64,000 nt of DNA from Pandoraea pnomenusa. GTDB taxonomy: Bacteria; Pseudomonadota; Gammaproteobacteria; Burkholderiales; Burkholderiaceae. The position numbers were made by a program, and so were the translations under genes. Numbering within the stretch: position 1 is the first letter of the stretch; every line of letters begins with the position of its first letter. The notes under the pieces are model-generated. The model had not been told where the DNA came from and did no database searches. It saw nothing but the letters and a program-made list of their open reading frames with translations. Shown in pieces: positions 45,202 to 55,481 of this stretch. The stretch is taken from contig NZ_JBEBXS010000018.1 of NCBI RefSeq assembly GCF_040391475.1, positions 7,591 to 71,590 of the forward strand, in the 5' to 3' direction.

Positions 45202-45212
45202 CTTGCTGTATT

Positions 45213-45288
<76 letters not shown>

Positions 45289-45411
45289 GAAGTCGTGTAT
45301 TGTAACCGATTCACTGGTCACTGCGACTACCTGTCGGTGCAATTTCCTTCGCCATCCGGAACGCCTGGGAAAGCACTTGCTACCGCCCTCCCAAACGTCC
45401 CTCTTCGCGAA

Positions 45412-45870
45412 TTACTTCACCACCTTCAGGTGTGCACGTCCGGCGTTGCCGCCAGCCGCGCCGTTACCGCCGGGACGCGTCGGGTCCGGATCGTCGTCAA
45501 TCGGCTCCTGCGACGACGGCACCGCTTCCAGCTCGGTACCCTCGTCCGCAGACGCCTGCTTGTCGACCGGGAAAGCCATCCCCTGTCCGTTCTCGCGAGC
45601 GTAAATCGCCAGCACGTTCGGCACCTGCACTTCAACCTTCTGTGAGATGCCGCCGAAGCGGGCGCTGAATTCAATCCAGTCGTTGCCCATCTGCAATCCG
45701 CTCGTGGCGTCGAAGCTGATGTTCAGCACGATCTCGCCATCTTTCACAAACTCTCGCGGCACTCGCGTCTTGGCATCGACATGCACGGCCAAATACGGCG
45801 TGTACCCGTTGTCGGTACACCACTCGTACAGCGCGCGCAGAAGATAAGGCTTGGTAGACGTTTCTGGCAT
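45412..45870 (-). CDS. sspB: ClpXP specificity-enhancing factor SspB (stringent starvation protein B)
   Basis: N-terminus KPYLLRALYEWCTDNGYTPYLAV and acidic/Gly-rich tail. Located downstream of sspA. Confidence 0.9.
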   Translation of the reverse strand: MPETSTKPYLLRALYEWCTDNGYTPYLAVHVDAKTRVPREFVKDGEIVLNISFDATSGLQMGNDWIEFSARFGGISQKVEVQVPNVLAIYARENGQGMAFPVDKQASADEGTELEAVPSSQEPIDDDPDPTRPGGNGAAGGNAGRAHLKVVK

Positions 45871-45946
45871 ATAACCAACTCGTCCCGCCGCGAAACCCGC
45901 CCGTCATCTTCCACAGGCCAGCCTCGGCAGCGGGCAAATCAACGCA

Positions 45947-46558
45947 TCAGCGACGCATGACCTTTTCGGACGGCGTCAGCGCTTCAATGTACGCCGGACG
46001 GCTGAAAATCCGCTCGGCATACTTCATCAACGGGGCAGCATTCTTCGACAACTCAATGCCGTAGTGATCCAGACGCCACAGCAACGGGGCAATCGCCACG
46101 TCCAGCATCGAGAACTCTTCACCCAACATGTACTTGTTCTTCACGAAAATCGGCGCAAGCTGCGTCAGACGATCGCGAATCGATGCACGGGCCTTCTCGT
46201 GCGTCTTCTCCGCCGCCTTGCCCTTCTCGTTCTCGAGCGAGCTCACATGCACAAACAGCTCTTTCTCGAAATTGAACAGGAACAATCGCGCGCGAGCACG
46301 CTGCACCGGATCGGCCGGCATCAGCTGCGGGTGCGGGAAACGTTCGTCGATGTACTCGTTGATGATGTTCGATTCGTACAGAATCAGATCACGCTCGACA
46401 AGAATCGGCACCTGACCGTACGGGTTCATCACCGCAATGTCTTCCGGCTTGTTGAACAGGTCAACGTCACGGATTTCGAAATCCATGCCTTTTTCGAACA
46501 AAACCAGCCGGCAACGCTGGGAGAAGGGGCACGTCGTGCCCGAGTACAAAACCATCAT
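45947..46558 (-). CDS. sspA: Stringent starvation protein A (GST-like)
   Basis: MVLYSGTTCPFSQRCRLVLFEKGMDFEIRDVD.. GST fold. Conserved sspA-sspB pairing. Confidence 0.9.
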   Translation of the reverse strand: MMVLYSGTTCPFSQRCRLVLFEKGMDFEIRDVDLFNKPEDIAVMNPYGQVPILVERDLILYESNIINEYIDERFPHPQLMPADPVQRARARLFLFNFEKELFVHVSSLENEKGKAAEKTHEKARASIRDRLTQLAPIFVKNKYMLGEEFSMLDVAIAPLLWRLDHYGIELSKNAAPLMKYAERIFSRPAYIEALTPSEKVMRR

Positions 46559-46641
46559 AGCGCGTCTTCCTTAAAAACCAACGGGGCCGGGGCGGGAAAT
46601 CGGCGCTCCCCATACCCTGGCCCCGTCGTACAGACGTTATT

Positions 46642-47361
46642 TTACTTCACGTCCTTCCAATAGGCCGCATTCAGGCGCCAGGCCAGTACCGTAAAGAGTC
46701 CCAGGAACAACAGAACCCAGACACCCAACTGCCGGCGTGTCCGCTGAGCCGGTTCCGACATCCAATCCAGATAAGATACCAAATCCGCCATGGCAGAATC
46801 AAATTCCACAGGTTTCATCGTCCCCTGGGTGATCTGCACGAACTGCACCGGACCGTGCTCCGCCCCCTCGACATGCTTCACCCCCCGCTGTCCCTGCAAC
46901 TGCCAGAACGGGTTCGGCATGGCCACATTGGGGTACGCCACGTTGTTCCAGCCCGTCGGGCGGGTGTCATCTCGATAGAACGTACGCAGATAGGTGTACA
47001 GCCAGTCCGTCCCCCGGGCCCGCGCCTCCACCGACAGGTCGGGCGGCGCAGCGCCAAACCACGACTTGGCGTCCGCCGCGCGCATGGCGACCGTCATCGT
47101 GTCGCCGATCCTGTCCGTCGTGAAAAGCAGATTGTTCTTGATCTCCACGTCCGACAGGCCCAGATCCTTCAGGCGCGAGAACCGCATCGACGCCGCCGAG
47201 TGACAGTTCAAACAGTAGTTCACGAACAGTTTCGCCCCGCGCTGGAGCGAAGCCAGATCGTCGATCCGGTTCGGCGCCGTGTCGAGCGCCGCCCCTTCTT
47301 CAGCCATGGCCGGCGCCGCAAAGCCACTCAAGAGCGCCAGGATAAGCAACAGTTTTCTCAT
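46642..47361 (-). CDS. petC: Cytochrome c1 subunit of ubiquinol-cytochrome c reductase
   Basis: Signal peptide, heme motif CLNCHS, C-terminal TM anchor. Follows petB. Confidence 0.9.
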   Translation of the reverse strand: MRKLLLILALLSGFAAPAMAEEGAALDTAPNRIDDLASLQRGAKLFVNYCLNCHSAASMRFSRLKDLGLSDVEIKNNLLFTTDRIGDTMTVAMRAADAKSWFGAAPPDLSVEARARGTDWLYTYLRTFYRDDTRPTGWNNVAYPNVAMPNPFWQLQGQRGVKHVEGAEHGPVQFVQITQGTMKPVEFDSAMADLVSYLDWMSEPAQRTRRQLGVWVLLFLGLFTVLAWRLNAAYWKDVK

Positions 47362-47392
47362 CTTGATATCCCTAGTCGTCGTTGGCTTGCGC

Positions 47393-48778
47393 TCAATGCG
47401 CCGCGAAGGTCACGCGATCCGGCACCGGCTTGAAGGTGCCGCGCTTGCTCCACAGCGGCATCAGCCAGAAAAATCCGAAGTAATACAGCGCGCCGACCTG
47501 CGAAATGGCGGTCTTCACCGGCGTGGGTTCCTGGATCCCCAGATACCCCAGCACCGCGAAAACAACGACGAGAATACCCAGCAGCACTTTGTGGAAGCCC
47601 GGACGATAGCGAATCGACTTGACCGGGCTGTGGTCCAGCCACGGCAGGAAGAAGAGCGTCACCACCGCACCGCCCATCACCACCACCCCCCAGAACTTGG
47701 CTTCGGTCAGGTACATCGCAAGCAGCAACAACACTACGCCGCCAGACGCCGCAACCTTGGTGGTCGCCGCCGCCTTGCCCTTGATCCACCAGACCGCCGT
47801 AATGAGCACCGCCAGCCCCATCAGGATGTGCTTGAAATCGTCGGTCGTGGCACGCAGCATCGAGTAGAACGGCGTGAAATACCAGACCGGAGCGATATGC
47901 GGCGGCGTCTTGAGCGGGTCGGACGGGATGAAGTTGTTCGCCTCAAGGAAGTATCCGCCCATCGTCGGCGCGAAGAACACGATCGCCGAGAACACCATCA
48001 GGAACACGCCCACGCCCATGATGTCGTGCACCGTGTAGTACGGATGGAACGGAATGCCGTCGAGCGGGCGGCCATTGGCGTCCTTCTTGTCCTTGATCTC
48101 CACGCCGTCCGGGTTGTTCGAGCCCACTTCATGCAGCGCGATGATGTGCGCGACGATCAGGCCGATGAGCACCAGCGGAATCGCGATCACGTGGAACGCG
48201 AAGAAGCGGTTGAGCGTGGCGTCCGAGACGACGTAATCGCCACGAATCCACAGCGACAGATCCGGGCCGATGAACGGAATCGCCGAGAACAGGTTCACGA
48301 TCACCTGCGCGCCCCAGTACGACATCTGGCCCCAGGGCAGCAGATAGCCCATGAACGCCTCGGCCATCAGGCACAGGAAGATCAGGCAGCCGAACACCCA
48401 CACCAGCTCGCGCGGCTTACGGTACGAGCCGTACAGCAGTCCGCGGAACATGTGCAGATACACCACGACGAAGAACATCGAGGCGCCCGTCGAGTGCATG
48501 TAGCGGATGAGCCATCCCCACGGCACTTCGCGCATGATGTACTCGACCGACGCGAACGCCAGGTTGCCGTCGGGCTTGTAGTTCATCACCAGGAAAATGC
48601 CGGTGAGGATCTGGATCACCAGCACCAGCATGGCCAGCGATCCGAAGAAATACCAGAAGTTGAAGTTTTTTGGGGCGTAATACTCGGAAGCGTGGTCTTT
48701 CCAGAGCTGCGTGAGCGGAAACCGGCGATCGATCCAGCCCAGCAAGCCCGTCGTGTCGACCTGTTTGTCGGCGGCCAT
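47393..48778 (-). CDS. petB: Cytochrome b subunit of ubiquinol-cytochrome c reductase
   Basis: Classic cytochrome b sequence (NFNFWYFFGSLA.., WLIRYMHSTGASMFF.., PEWYF-like PVWYFTPFY). Confidence 0.95.
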   Translation of the reverse strand: MAADKQVDTTGLLGWIDRRFPLTQLWKDHASEYYAPKNFNFWYFFGSLAMLVLVIQILTGIFLVMNYKPDGNLAFASVEYIMREVPWGWLIRYMHSTGASMFFVVVYLHMFRGLLYGSYRKPRELVWVFGCLIFLCLMAEAFMGYLLPWGQMSYWGAQVIVNLFSAIPFIGPDLSLWIRGDYVVSDATLNRFFAFHVIAIPLVLIGLIVAHIIALHEVGSNNPDGVEIKDKKDANGRPLDGIPFHPYYTVHDIMGVGVFLMVFSAIVFFAPTMGGYFLEANNFIPSDPLKTPPHIAPVWYFTPFYSMLRATTDDFKHILMGLAVLITAVWWIKGKAAATTKVAASGGVVLLLLAMYLTEAKFWGVVVMGGAVVTLFFLPWLDHSPVKSIRYRPGFHKVLLGILVVVFAVLGYLGIQEPTPVKTAISQVGALYYFGFFWLMPLWSKRGTFKPVPDRVTFAAH

Positions 48779-48780
48779 GT

Positions 48781-49395
48781 TTACGCTTCTCCTTTTTCGT
48801 CTTTACCGATCACGATCTTGTTGTCGTTCACGAACATGAAACGAGGAACGTCGAGATTCTTCGGTGCCGGCTTGTTCTTGAACACGCGACCCGACATGTC
48901 GTAGGTCGAGCCGTGGCACGGGCAGAGGAAGCCGGGATCATGGCCCAGCGCAGGCAGAGTGTCCGCCGCGTAAGGCCCGGACGGGATGCAACCGAGGTGC
49001 GTACAGATACCGACCACGACGAGCATTTCCTTGCGCGATTCGCGCGCACGGAACTCGTTCTTGGCATAGTCGGGCATCGGGTAGGAAAACGTCTCTTTCG
49101 AGTCCGGATCGGCCAGCTCCGACGTCACTTTGGACAGCGAAGCCAATTGCTCCGGTGTGCGATATACGATCCACACAGGCAGCCCACGCCAGGAAACCGT
49201 CATCATCTGGCCCGCCTTGAGGCCGCTGATATCCGCTTCGACCGGCGCCCCGCCTGCCTTGGCGCGCTCCGATGGTTGAAGGGAACTGACGAAAGGAACG
49301 AGAGTTACAACGCCGCCCACGCCTCCAGCTACGGACGTTGCAATCAGCAGATTCCGGCGATTACTGTCGACGGCCTTTTCTTGATTGTCACTCAT
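48781..49395 (-). CDS. petA: Rieske iron-sulfur subunit of ubiquinol-cytochrome c reductase
   Basis: Tat-type N-terminus (NRRNLLIATS). Rieske motifs CTHLGC and CPCHGS. I chose the ATG at 49395 (MSDNQEK). Confidence 0.9.
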   Translation of the reverse strand: MSDNQEKAVDSNRRNLLIATSVAGGVGGVVTLVPFVSSLQPSERAKAGGAPVEADISGLKAGQMMTVSWRGLPVWIVYRTPEQLASLSKVTSELADPDSKETFSYPMPDYAKNEFRARESRKEMLVVVGICTHLGCIPSGPYAADTLPALGHDPGFLCPCHGSTYDMSGRVFKNKPAPKNLDVPRFMFVNDNKIVIGKDEKGEA

Positions 49396-49814
49396 CACAA
49401 GCCCCACACGGTTGAATTTGTATTTCCGTCAACCTTAAATCATACGCGAGCGTAAATGCCTGAAACAACGGCAAAACGCCCCAGTCTCCTAGTGGTTTTC
49501 GCGTATTTTCAAAGGATTAACGTACCCTGCGGGTGATTTGCGACCACCCGGGGTTTCGCTTCTGGGATGCTGCACGAGACCCGCTATGATCGCCGCTTTC
49601 GTTGACGTGCGCACGACATTTAGTAACATTTTCATTGTCGCGCCCTGATAACATCGGGGCGCACGACCTGAGGCATTCGCGTGACAATGACCGACGCGAA
49701 CCCTGCCGTCGCCGTACAGGTCGCGGGACTTTACCGGTCAATCAATGCCAATTCGTGAGGGTCGGCGCAGCAATGCTTCCCCCCGGCCACTCATCAAAAC
49801 AGCGGAGGAATGGC

Positions 49815-50261
49815 ATGAGCTTCATGTCGGAATTCAAGGAATTTGCCGTCAAAGGCAACGTGATCGATCTGGCGGTCGGTGTGATCATCGGCGGTGCGTT
49901 CGGCAAGATCGTCGACTCGGTCGTCAGGGACCTCATCATGCCGATCGTCGGCGCCATCTTCGGCGGCCTCGACTTCTCGAGCAAGTTCATCGTGCTCGGC
50001 AGCATTCCGCCCAGTTTCCAGGGCAACCCGACGTCCTATGCCGACCTCACGAAGGCCGGTGTCGCCGTGTTCGGTTACGGCAACTTCATTACCGTCGCCC
50101 TGAACTTCCTGATCCTGGCGTTCATCATCTTTCTGATGGTCAAGCAGATCAACCGCCTCAAGCGCCCGGCCGCGGAAGCCCCGGCCGAACCGGCGCCCAC
50201 GCCGGAAGAGGTCGTTCTGCTGCGCGAAATTCGCGACAGCCTCAAGAAGCAGAACGGGTAA
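49815..50261 (+). CDS. mscL: Large-conductance mechanosensitive channel
   Basis: Start trimmed to the ATG at 49815 (RBS ggagga). [33 protein letters not shown] is the MscL signature. Confidence 0.9.
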   Translation: MSFMSEFKEFAVKGNVIDLAVGVIIGGAFGKIVDSVVRDLIMPIVGAIFGGLDFSSKFIVLGSIPPSFQGNPTSYADLTKAGVAVFGYGNFITVALNFLILAFIIFLMVKQINRLKRPAAEAPAEPAPTPEEVVLLREIRDSLKKQNG

Positions 50262-50271
50262 GCACGCGCAA

Positions 50272-50292
50272 AGGGCGGTCTTGCACCGCCCT
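50272..50292. terminator. GC-rich hairpin between the convergent mscL and nif3 genes
   Basis: Stem agggcggt / accgccct with loop cttgc. No clear U-tract, so function is uncertain. Confidence 0.4.
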
Positions 50293-50315
50293 CGCCCGCG
50301 CCGGGCCGCATCCGG

Positions 50316-51065
50316 TCAGGCCGGATTCGTCATATCGAAGAACCGATGCTCGAGCCCGAAACGGCTGGCGATGTGCTCGCCAACCGCTCTGGCCCCGCCA
50401 CGCTCGGTGGCGTGGTGGCCCGCCGCCAGGTACCCCACGCCGCTCTCGAGCGCGAGATGCTGGGTCGGCTCGGACACTTCGCCGCTGATATAGACGTCGG
50501 CTCCCGCCGCGATGGCCGCTTCGAAGAAACCTTGCGCCCCCCCGGTGCACCACGCCACACGGCGCACCGGACGGCTCGGGTCGCCGAGCATCAACGGCGC
50601 ACGTCCCAGTTGTGTCTCGACGTGCGACGCCAGTGCGGCCAGTGTCGTCGGTTGCGAAGGCGCCCCCAACCAGCCGAGCTGGTCCGGCCCGAAACGCCCG
50701 CCATCGTCGGCAAAGCCTAGCAACTTGCCCAATTGCGCGTTGTTGCCCAGTTCCGGGTGGGCGTCGAGCGGCAGATGGTAGGCAAACAGACTCATGTCGT
50801 TGCCGATCAACAGTCCCAAACGACGACGCTTCATCCCGGTAATACGGGCATCTTCGTTCTTCCAGAAATAGCCGTGATGGACGAGAACGGCATCGGCGCC
50901 CCAATCGCGGGCCGCTTCGAGAAAAGCCAGGCTGGCGGTCACGCCGCTGGCGATTTTTCGGATGTCGCTGCGCCCTTCGACCTGTAGGCCGTTCGGGCAG
51001 TAATCGCGAAATTGCGCGATTTGCAGGGTATCGTTCAGATACAATTCGAGTTCAACACGATTCAT
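50316..51065 (-). CDS. Nif3-like dinuclear metal centre protein (YbgI family)
   Basis: [11 protein letters not shown].., VLVHHGYFW.., ISGEVSE.. are typical of the NIF3/YbgI family. Confidence 0.85.
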   Translation of the reverse strand: MNRVELELYLNDTLQIAQFRDYCPNGLQVEGRSDIRKIASGVTASLAFLEAARDWGADAVLVHHGYFWKNEDARITGMKRRRLGLLIGNDMSLFAYHLPLDAHPELGNNAQLGKLLGFADDGGRFGPDQLGWLGAPSQPTTLAALASHVETQLGRAPLMLGDPSRPVRRVAWCTGGAQGFFEAAIAAGADVYISGEVSEPTQHLALESGVGYLAAGHHATERGGARAVGEHIASRFGLEHRFFDMTNPA

Positions 51066-51083
51066 ATAAGGTCTCGCTCTTTC

Positions 51084-52301
51084 ATGCTCAGACGCTTCTG
51101 GCTACTGTTCGCGCAAGCGGTCACCGTGCTGCTTGCGTTGCTTTTCATCATCGCCACACTCAAGCCTCAGTGGCTGCAACGCCAGGGTTCGTTCGGCAAG
51201 CAACTGGCAAATCCGATCATCGCCTTGCAGGAAGTCGGCCCGAGTCTGTCGGACAAGCCGGCTGTCGGCTCGTATGCCGACGGCGCGCAGAAGGCGATGC
51301 CCGAGGTCGTCAGCATTTTTTCCAGCAAGGAACAAAAGCAAAACCGCGACCCGCGTCTCGATGACCCGCTGTTCCGCTATTTCTTCGGCGACGGCGGCGG
51401 TACGGTGCGGCAAGACCCGGTCTCGAGCCTCGGCTCGGGTGTGATTGTGAGCAGCGAAGGCTATATTCTCACGAATCATCACGTGGTGGACGGCGCCGAC
51501 GAGATCGAAGTCGCCCTCGCCGACGGCCGCAAGGCACGCGCCAAACTGGTGGGCAGCGATCCGGAAACCGATCTCGCGGTGCTCAAGATCACGCTCGACA
51601 ATCTGCCCGCCATCACACTCGGCCGCATGGATCAGGTACGTGTGGGCGACGTCGTGCTCGCCATCGGCAATCCGTTCGGCGTCGGTCAGACGGTCACGAT
51701 GGGGATCATCAGCGCGTTGGGCCGCAACCACCTCGATATCAGCACGTTCGAGAACTTCATCCAGACCGATGCGGCCATCAATCCCGGGAATTCCGGTGGT
51801 GCACTGGTCGACGTGAACGGCAACCTGCTGGGCATCAACACGGCGATCTACTCGCGTAGCGGCGGCAACATGGGCATCGGCTTCGCGATCCCGGTCTCCA
51901 CGGCTCGCACGGTGCTTGAGAGCATCATCACCACGGGTACGGTCACACGTGGCTGGGTTGGTGTCGAGCCGCAGGACATTACCTCGGACATCGCCGAGTC
52001 GTTCGGCCTGAAGCAGGATTCGGGCGTCATCATCGCCGGTGTCGTGCAGGGCGGCCCGGCCGACAAGGCGGGCGTGCAACCGGGCGACATCCTGAGCAAG
52101 GTGAACGACGAGTCGATCCGCGACACCACCGAACTGCTCAACGTCATCGCGCAGATCAAGCCGGGCACGCAGACCAAGATTCACGTCACGCGCAAGAAGA
52201 AGGAACTGGATCTGACGGTTGTCGTCGGCAAGCGCCCGCCCCCGCCCAAGCGGCCGGTGCAGGACGAGGACGATGGCAGCGACGAGAACAACGCCGACTG
52301 A
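51084..52301 (+). CDS. DegS/AlgW-type periplasmic serine endoprotease (S1C, one PDZ domain)
   Basis: Start trimmed to the ATG at 51084 (N-terminal TM anchor). Catalytic triad context [26 protein letters not shown] segment follows ([24 protein letters not shown]). Confidence 0.85.
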   Translation: MLRRFWLLFAQAVTVLLALLFIIATLKPQWLQRQGSFGKQLANPIIALQEVGPSLSDKPAVGSYADGAQKAMPEVVSIFSSKEQKQNRDPRLDDPLFRYFFGDGGGTVRQDPVSSLGSGVIVSSEGYILTNHHVVDGADEIEVALADGRKARAKLVGSDPETDLAVLKITLDNLPAITLGRMDQVRVGDVVLAIGNPFGVGQTVTMGIISALGRNHLDISTFENFIQTDAAINPGNSGGALVDVNGNLLGINTAIYSRSGGNMGIGFAIPVSTARTVLESIITTGTVTRGWVGVEPQDITSDIAESFGLKQDSGVIIAGVVQGGPADKAGVQPGDILSKVNDESIRDTTELLNVIAQIKPGTQTKIHVTRKKKELDLTVVVGKRPPPPKRPVQDEDDGSDENNAD

Positions 52302-52327
52302 CGGCGTCACGTTCCCGGCAAGACAAG

Positions 52328-52360
52328 ACGGCTGCGCTTCGGCGTGGCCGTTTTTATTTG
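52328..52360 (+). terminator. Rho-independent terminator after the protease gene
   Basis: 10-bp stem acggctgcgc / gcgtggccgt (two G-U pairs), tetraloop ttcg, then tttttattt. Confidence 0.75.
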
Positions 52361-52372
52361 CTCCGTCCGACA

Positions 52373-52405
52373 ACAAAAAAGCACGGGACGGGACCCGTGC
52401 TTTTC
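52373..52405 (-). terminator. Bidirectional hairpin terminator serving tatC
   Basis: Stem gcacggg / cccgtgc with loop acggga, flanked by A6 on one side and T4 on the other. Read on the minus strand it is followed by tttttt. Confidence 0.7.
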
Positions 52406-52464
52406 GGTTGATACTCACAACGACTCCGCAGGATCGGCTTACCCGCGGGTGGCATTCACGGCCC

Positions 52465-53256
52465 TTACGGCGCCGCCTGCCCGTTCCCTTCGCTGCCCTC
52501 GTCTGCGTGCTGGCCCTGCTTCACGAACACCCGCGCAGCAATCAGACCCAGCTCATAGAGAATGCACAGCGGCACGGCCAGCATCAGTTGCGACAGGATG
52601 TCGGGCGGCGTCACGACCGCCGCCAGCACGAACGCACCGACCACCACGTACGGACGGATCTGCTTGAGCTTCTCGATGCTCACCACGCCCATGCGTGCGA
52701 GCACCACCACCACGACCGGCACTTCGAAAGTCACCCCGAAGCATAGGAACATCGTGAGGATGAAACTCAGGTAGTTGTCGATATCGGTGTTCATCTCCGC
52801 ACCCAGTGGCGCGTTGTAATGCGCCATGAAGTGGAACACCGTCGGGAACACCAGGAAGTAAGCGAACGCCATACCGGCAAGGAACAGCGTATAGCTGCTC
52901 ACGACCAGCGGCATGATCAACTTCTTCTCGTGCTGGTACAGCCCCGGCGCCACGAAGGCCCAGACCTGATACAGCACGATGGGCAACGCAATCACGAACG
53001 CGACCATCATCGTGACCTTCATCGGCACGAAGAACGAACCGGTGATGTCGGTGACGATCATCTTGCCGCCTGCGGGCAGCGATTGCATCAGCGGTCGGGC
53101 GAATATCCGGAAGATGTCCGGTGCCCAGTAGACCAGCGAGAGGAACACCACGATGACGGCTGCACCCGCGCGAATGATGCGATTGCGCAGCTCGATCAGA
53201 TGCGAGATGAAAGTCTCTTCGGTGCCCCCTTCGGGGATTTGCTTGTCGTCGCTCAC
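52465..53256 (-). CDS. tatC: Twin-arginine translocase subunit TatC
   Basis: FISHLIELRNRI.., six-TM profile, conserved tatABC order. Confidence 0.95.
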   Translation of the reverse strand: MSDDKQIPEGGTEETFISHLIELRNRIIRAGAAVIVVFLSLVYWAPDIFRIFARPLMQSLPAGGKMIVTDITGSFFVPMKVTMMVAFVIALPIVLYQVWAFVAPGLYQHEKKLIMPLVVSSYTLFLAGMAFAYFLVFPTVFHFMAHYNAPLGAEMNTDIDNYLSFILTMFLCFGVTFEVPVVVVVLARMGVVSIEKLKQIRPYVVVGAFVLAAVVTPPDILSQLMLAVPLCILYELGLIAARVFVKQGQHADEGSEGNGQAAP

Positions 53257-53321
53257 GTCGACTTATCCAGGAATGAAGCCGGCACAGTGCCAGATGGCGG
53301 GAAGGTCGCGGCGGTTGTGCC

Positions 53322-53864
53322 TCAGAAGAACTTGGTGGGTCGACGCAGCTTGGCCGGCGTATGACGCGCCACGCGCGCCGCTCCCGACTGTACCCGGGTG
53401 CGTGTGACGCTGGCCTGCTTGAACCACATCGGCGTAGCAGCCCGGCGCACGCGCCAGTTGCGACGCTTGGTCGACCCGCGCACGCCCGATGTCACGACCG
53501 GCTCGCTGAGATAGCTGTCCGAGTAACCGGTGGCGGCGTCTGTGGCGCCGCCCGCCATCTCGCTGGTCGAGGTGCCCGTGGCACTCGCCCAGGCGTCGTT
53601 GAGCGACGCCTCCTGCTCGTGCAACTGCTTCTGAATCGTGTTCTGGGCGCTGCGGGCCGCGTCCTCGAACTGCGTGCGCATGTTGCGCAGCTCGTCGAGT
53701 TCCATCTCGCGGCTCACCTCGGCCTTCACATCGTTGATATAGCGTTGTGCACGGCCGAAGAGGGCGCCCGCCGTGCGGGCCACCTTCGGCAGACGCTCCG
53801 GACCGATCACGACCAGCGCAACCACGCCGATCAGCATCAGTTTGGAAAGGCCGAGATCGATCAT
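53322..53864 (-). CDS. tatB: Twin-arginine translocase subunit TatB
   Basis: MIDLGLSKLMLIGVVALVVIGPERLPKVARTAG.. followed by an amphipathic helix and a long disordered tail. Confidence 0.9.
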   Translation of the reverse strand: MIDLGLSKLMLIGVVALVVIGPERLPKVARTAGALFGRAQRYINDVKAEVSREMELDELRNMRTQFEDAARSAQNTIQKQLHEQEASLNDAWASATGTSTSEMAGGATDAATGYSDSYLSEPVVTSGVRGSTKRRNWRVRRAATPMWFKQASVTRTRVQSGAARVARHTPAKLRRPTKFF

Positions 53865-53876
53865 GTCGACGCCAGC

Positions 53877-54131
53877 TTAGCCTTGCTTGTGGTTGCTTGC
53901 GTCCTTGGCCTGCACGTCGATGGTCGTCGCATCGCGCAGTTCCTTGGCAGCTGCCGCCGGGTCGTCCTTGGCCGACGGGGTGTTGCCATCGGTGCCTTCC
54001 TTCATGCCGTCCTTGAAACCCTTGACCGCACCGCCCAGGTCGCTACCCATGTTACGCAGCTTCTTGGTACCGAAAACCATCATCACGATCACCAGCACGA
54101 TCAGCCAGTGCCAAATACTCAACGAACCCAT
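53877..54131 (-). CDS. tatA: Twin-arginine translocase subunit TatA
   Basis: [40 protein letters not shown]. Confidence 0.9.
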   Translation of the reverse strand: MGSLSIWHWLIVLVIVMMVFGTKKLRNMGSDLGGAVKGFKDGMKEGTDGNTPSAKDDPAAAAKELRDATTIDVQAKDASNHKQG

Positions 54132-54500
54132 GACCTCTCTCCTTGCGTTTCCCCACCCCTGCCGCCTTGCGACGGGGTCTCGTCTAGCCGCGTTACCCGG
54201 GCGTTTCCGCCCTCAGGCACGCGCCCTGTGTTTGCCCCCGTGCCCGCAGCAACATGCCCCATTGTGGCACATTGCGCGTCACGTCCTGCATCGTAACCGG
54301 GCCGGACACCGGGTAGAAATAAATGTTTCGTGAAACCTTCCGTAATGCGGGACAGTTGCACGTTCAGGCGACGTTGCGCGGCATTTCGTCACGCGAAATC
54401 AGCCCTTTCAGCCCCTCACTACCCGGCGCAACGCCCGGCGAAATCGGCGACTGTCAGGCGATCCGCTTCACGTCCGATTCACGCCCGCTTCACGTCTGAC

Positions 54501-54875
54501 TCACATCCGCTTCCAGGGGCGTGGCCCGGCCAGAATGTGCATGTGAAGATGATAAACCTCCTGCCCGCCACCCGGTCCGGTGTTCATCACCACGCGAAAG
54601 CCATTGCCCTCGATGTTCGACGCGTCGCCGTCGAAGCGATAGCCGTGATCCGCCGCCAGCTTCGGCGCGAGCATCATCATCTTGCCCAGCAGCGCCTGGT
54701 CTTCCAGCTGGCAATCCTGCAGCGTGGCAATGTGCTTGCGCGGCACCATCAGCAGGTGCAGGTCGGCCGCCGGATTGATGTCCTTGAACACCACGACGTC
54801 GTCGTCGGCGTGGACCTGCGCGCTCGGGATCTGCCCGGCAATAATCTTGCAGAAGATACAGTTGTCGTGCGTCAT
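54501..54875 (-). CDS. Histidine triad (HIT) nucleotide-binding protein
   Basis: CIFCKII.. N-terminus and the HIT motif HLHMHILAG. Confidence 0.9.
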   Translation of the reverse strand: MTHDNCIFCKIIAGQIPSAQVHADDDVVVFKDINPAADLHLLMVPRKHIATLQDCQLEDQALLGKMMMLAPKLAADHGYRFDGDASNIEGNGFRVVMNTGPGGGQEVYHLHMHILAGPRPWKRM

Positions 54876-54937
54876 GCGTATGTCTTCCTCTTGCTATCTC
54901 GACCGAATCCGATGCGCGGCCCGAAAGCGCAGCGCCC

Positions 54938-55369
54938 TCAGGTCCGCGTGGCGTACATGGGCTTGTTGTCGTTCAGGTAGAGCCAGCCCTTGACGATTCG
55001 GTACAGTGTCCAGATGCCCAGCACCCAGAGAATCGCGAAGCCGACCATCACCACGGCCAGCGCCACACCGAGCACGCCCCAGACCACCGACCACCAGAAG
55101 GTGCGGATCTGCCACGTGAAATGCGAGGCGTACAGGGTGCCGGCTGCGTCGTCGCGCTTGATGTAGTTGACGATGATCGCCACGATGGCGGTCACGCCGC
55201 CCGTGAGCCAGAACAGCGCATACAGCGCGTAGAGCACGTGCGTGAGCTTGCGCAACGCGCGCTCCTGTTCTTCGGTCGGACCAGTCTGGATAGGCGTCGT
55301 GTTCACTACGTAGGGATTGTCAGTGCTGCCCGGCGAGCCGGTCGAGCCAGGGGATTGCGGATCGTTCAT
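54938..55369 (-). CDS. Small integral membrane protein of unknown function
   Basis: Pro/Gly/Ser-rich N-terminus followed by three hydrophobic helices (LYALYALFWLTGGVTAIVAIIV.., WWSVVWGVLGVALAVVMVGFAILWVLGIW). No enzymatic motif. Confidence 0.7.
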   Translation of the reverse strand: MNDPQSPGSTGSPGSTDNPYVVNTTPIQTGPTEEQERALRKLTHVLYALYALFWLTGGVTAIVAIIVNYIKRDDAAGTLYASHFTWQIRTFWWSVVWGVLGVALAVVMVGFAILWVLGIWTLYRIVKGWLYLNDNKPMYATRT

Positions 55370-55481
55370 GAGGCGTCTCCTCGCGTGAACCTGCTTGGGC
55401 GGGTTGGGGCCGGTCGGGGCCCGTTGCGCCTGTCTGTCCCGGCGCCCCGACGACGTCGGGCAGCCGGACGTTCGGCAGGCG

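Noticed and set aside
46559-46641. Long imperfect hairpin (acggggcc...ggccccgt) between petC and sspA as a mobile REP-like element
   Set aside because: It is a single copy in the window and sits where a petCBA terminator or attenuator is expected. There is no evidence of repetition.
49408-49814. Possible small RNA or riboswitch in the 400-bp petA/mscL divergent region, including the hairpin gcgccc-tgataacatc-gggcgc near 49640-49665
   Set aside because: Only generic hairpins are visible, with no recognisable riboswitch core or terminator-defined sRNA unit. This is most simply two divergent promoters. The evidence is insufficient to call a feature.
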